A DNA stretch of 64,000 nucleotides from the human T2T-CHM13v2.0 reference genome, Homo sapiens: the NCBI RefSeq assembly GCF_009914755.1, contig NC_060933.1, one strand, 5' to 3'. Below, piece after piece: positions 62,268 through 64,000 of the stretch (its first letter is position 1; each line of letters begins with the position of its first letter). The translations under genes were made by a program, and so were the position numbers. A model generated the notes under the pieces. The model was not told where the DNA came from, did no database searches, and saw only the letters and a list, made by a program, of their open reading frames with translations.

Positions 62268-63282
62268 TTACAATTTGGCATGTTTTTGCAGTGGCTGGTA
62301 CTGGTTGTTCCTTTCCATGTTTAGTGCTTCCTTCAGGATCTCTTTTAGGGCAGGCCTGGTGGTGACAAAATCTCTCAGCATTTGCTTGTCTGTAAAGTAT
62401 TTTATTTCTCCTTCACTTATGAAGCTTAGTTTGGCTGGATATGAAATTCTGGGTTGAAAATTCTTTTCTTTAAGAATGTTGAATATTGGCCCCCACTCTC
62501 TTCTGGCTTGTAGAGTTTCTGCTGGGAGATCAGCTGTTAGTCTGATGGGCTTCCCTTTGTGGGTAACCTGAGCTTTCTTTCTGGCTGCCCTTAACATTTT
62601 TTCCTTCATTTCAACTTTGGTGAATCTGACAATTATGTGTCTTGGAGTTGCTCTTCTCAAGGAGTATCTTTGTGGCGTTCTCTGTATTTCCTGAATCTGA
62701 ATGTTGGCCTGCCTTGCTAGATTGTGGAAGTTCTCCTGGATAATATCCTGCAGAGTGTTTTCCAACTTGGTTCTATTCTCCCCGTCACTTTCAGGTACAC
62801 CAATGAGATGTAGATTTGGTCTTTTCACATAGTCCCATATTTCTTGGAGGCTTTGTTCATTTCTTTTTAGTCTTTTTCCTCTACACTTCTCTTCTCACTT
62901 CATTTCATTCATTTCGTCTTCCATCACTGATACCCTTTCTTGCAGTTGATCAAATCGGCTACTGAGGCTTGTGCATTCATCACATAGCTCTTATGCCGTG
63001 GTTTTCCGCTCCATCAGGTCCTTTAAGGGCTTCTCTGCTTTGATTATTCTAGTTAACCATTCATCTAATTTTTTTTCAAGGTTTTTAACTTCTTCGCCAT
63101 TGGTTCAAACTTCCTCTTTTAGCTCAGCGTAGTTTGATTGTCTGAAGCCTTCCTCTCTTAAATCATCAGTCATTCTCCATCCAGCTTTGTTCCGTTGCTG
63201 GTGAGGAGCTGCATTCCTTTGGAGGAGGAGAGGCACTCTCATTTTTAGAGTGTCCAGTTTTTCTGCTCTGTTTTTTCCCCAT
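62268..63282 (-). pseudogene. L1 ORF1p, disrupted
   Basis: Start atggggaaaaaacag at 63282; only the C-terminal 186 aa (62268-62828, ending QPLQKHAKL) appears as a track ORF. Confidence 0.93.
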
Positions 63283-64000
63283 CTTTGTGGTTTTATCTAC
63301 CTTTGGTCTTTGATGATGGTGACGTACAGATGGGTTTTTGGTGTGGATGTCTTTTGTGTTTGTTAGTTTTCCTTCTAACAGTCAGGACCCTCAGCTGCAG
63401 GTCTGTTGGAGTTTGCTGGAGGTCCACTCCAGACCCTGTTTGCCTGAGTATCAGCAGAGGTGGCTGCAGAACAGCGGATATTGGTGAACCGCAAATGCTG
63501 CTGCCTGATCGTTCCTCTGGAAGTTTTGTCTCAGAGGAGTACCCGGCCGTGTGAGGTGTCAGTCTGCCCCTACTTGGGGAGGGGGTGCCTCCCAGTTAGG
63601 CTACTCGGGGGTCAGGGACCCACTTGAGGAGGCAGTCTGTGCATTCTTAGATCTCCAGCTGCATGCTGGGATACCCACTACTCTCTTCAAAGCTGTCAGA
63701 CAGGGACATTTAAGTCTGCAGAGGTCACTGCTGCCTTTTGTTTGTCTGTGCCCTACACCCAGAGGTGGAGCCTACAAAGGCAGGCAGGCCTCCTTGAGCT
63801 GTGGTGGGCTCCACCCATTTCGAGCTTCCTAGCCACTTTGTTTACCTACTCAAGCCTCTGCAATGGCGGGTGCCCCTCCTCCAGCCTTGCTGCTGCCTTG
63901 CAGTTTGATCTCAGACTGCTGTGCTAGGTATGAGTGAGGCTCTGTGGGCGTACGACCCTTTGAGCCAGGTGTGGGGTATAATCTCCTGGCGTGCCATTTG
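63283..64000. promoter_or_regulatory. L1 5' UTR: sense promoter region (-) and antisense promoter region (+)
   Basis: Position within the L1; ORF0 start and the gagccag|gtgtgg donor at 63968/63969 are present. Activity cannot be seen from sequence. Confidence 0.6.
63863..63937 (+). pseudogene. L1 ORF0 (antisense 5' UTR ORF), prematurely stopped at 24 aa
   Basis: ATG at 63863 gives MAGAPPPALLLPCSLISDCCARYE*, with TGA at 63935-63937. Confidence 0.85.

Overview
AT-rich, gene-poor primate genomic DNA, most likely hominine because it carries L1PA2-type sequence. I see no credible host protein-coding exon, RNA gene, CpG island or prokaryotic feature. Every long ORF in the track comes from LINE-1 or MaLR repeats. 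The window is a fossil record of interspersed repeats: THE1C internal region plus LTR, solo THE1D and THE1B, LTR8, MER39B, MER67-group, MLT1, MLT2, five Alus, L1PA8A, old L1M, L2, MIR, a hAT MER103-like element, a piggyBac (Looper-like) transposase relic and a nearly full-length L1PA4-type element that runs off the right edge. The most unusual object is a 4-kb composite LINE-1 insertion at 15269-19280. One 17-bp target-site duplication encloses two tandem L1 3' ends of different subfamily type plus a twin-priming-style inverted ORF2 segment, and the inversion junction creates a 458-aa endonuclease-less RT ORF. Subfamily names are from my recall of consensus sequences and need RepeatMasker/Dfam confirmation. 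I found no clear novel multi-gene system.
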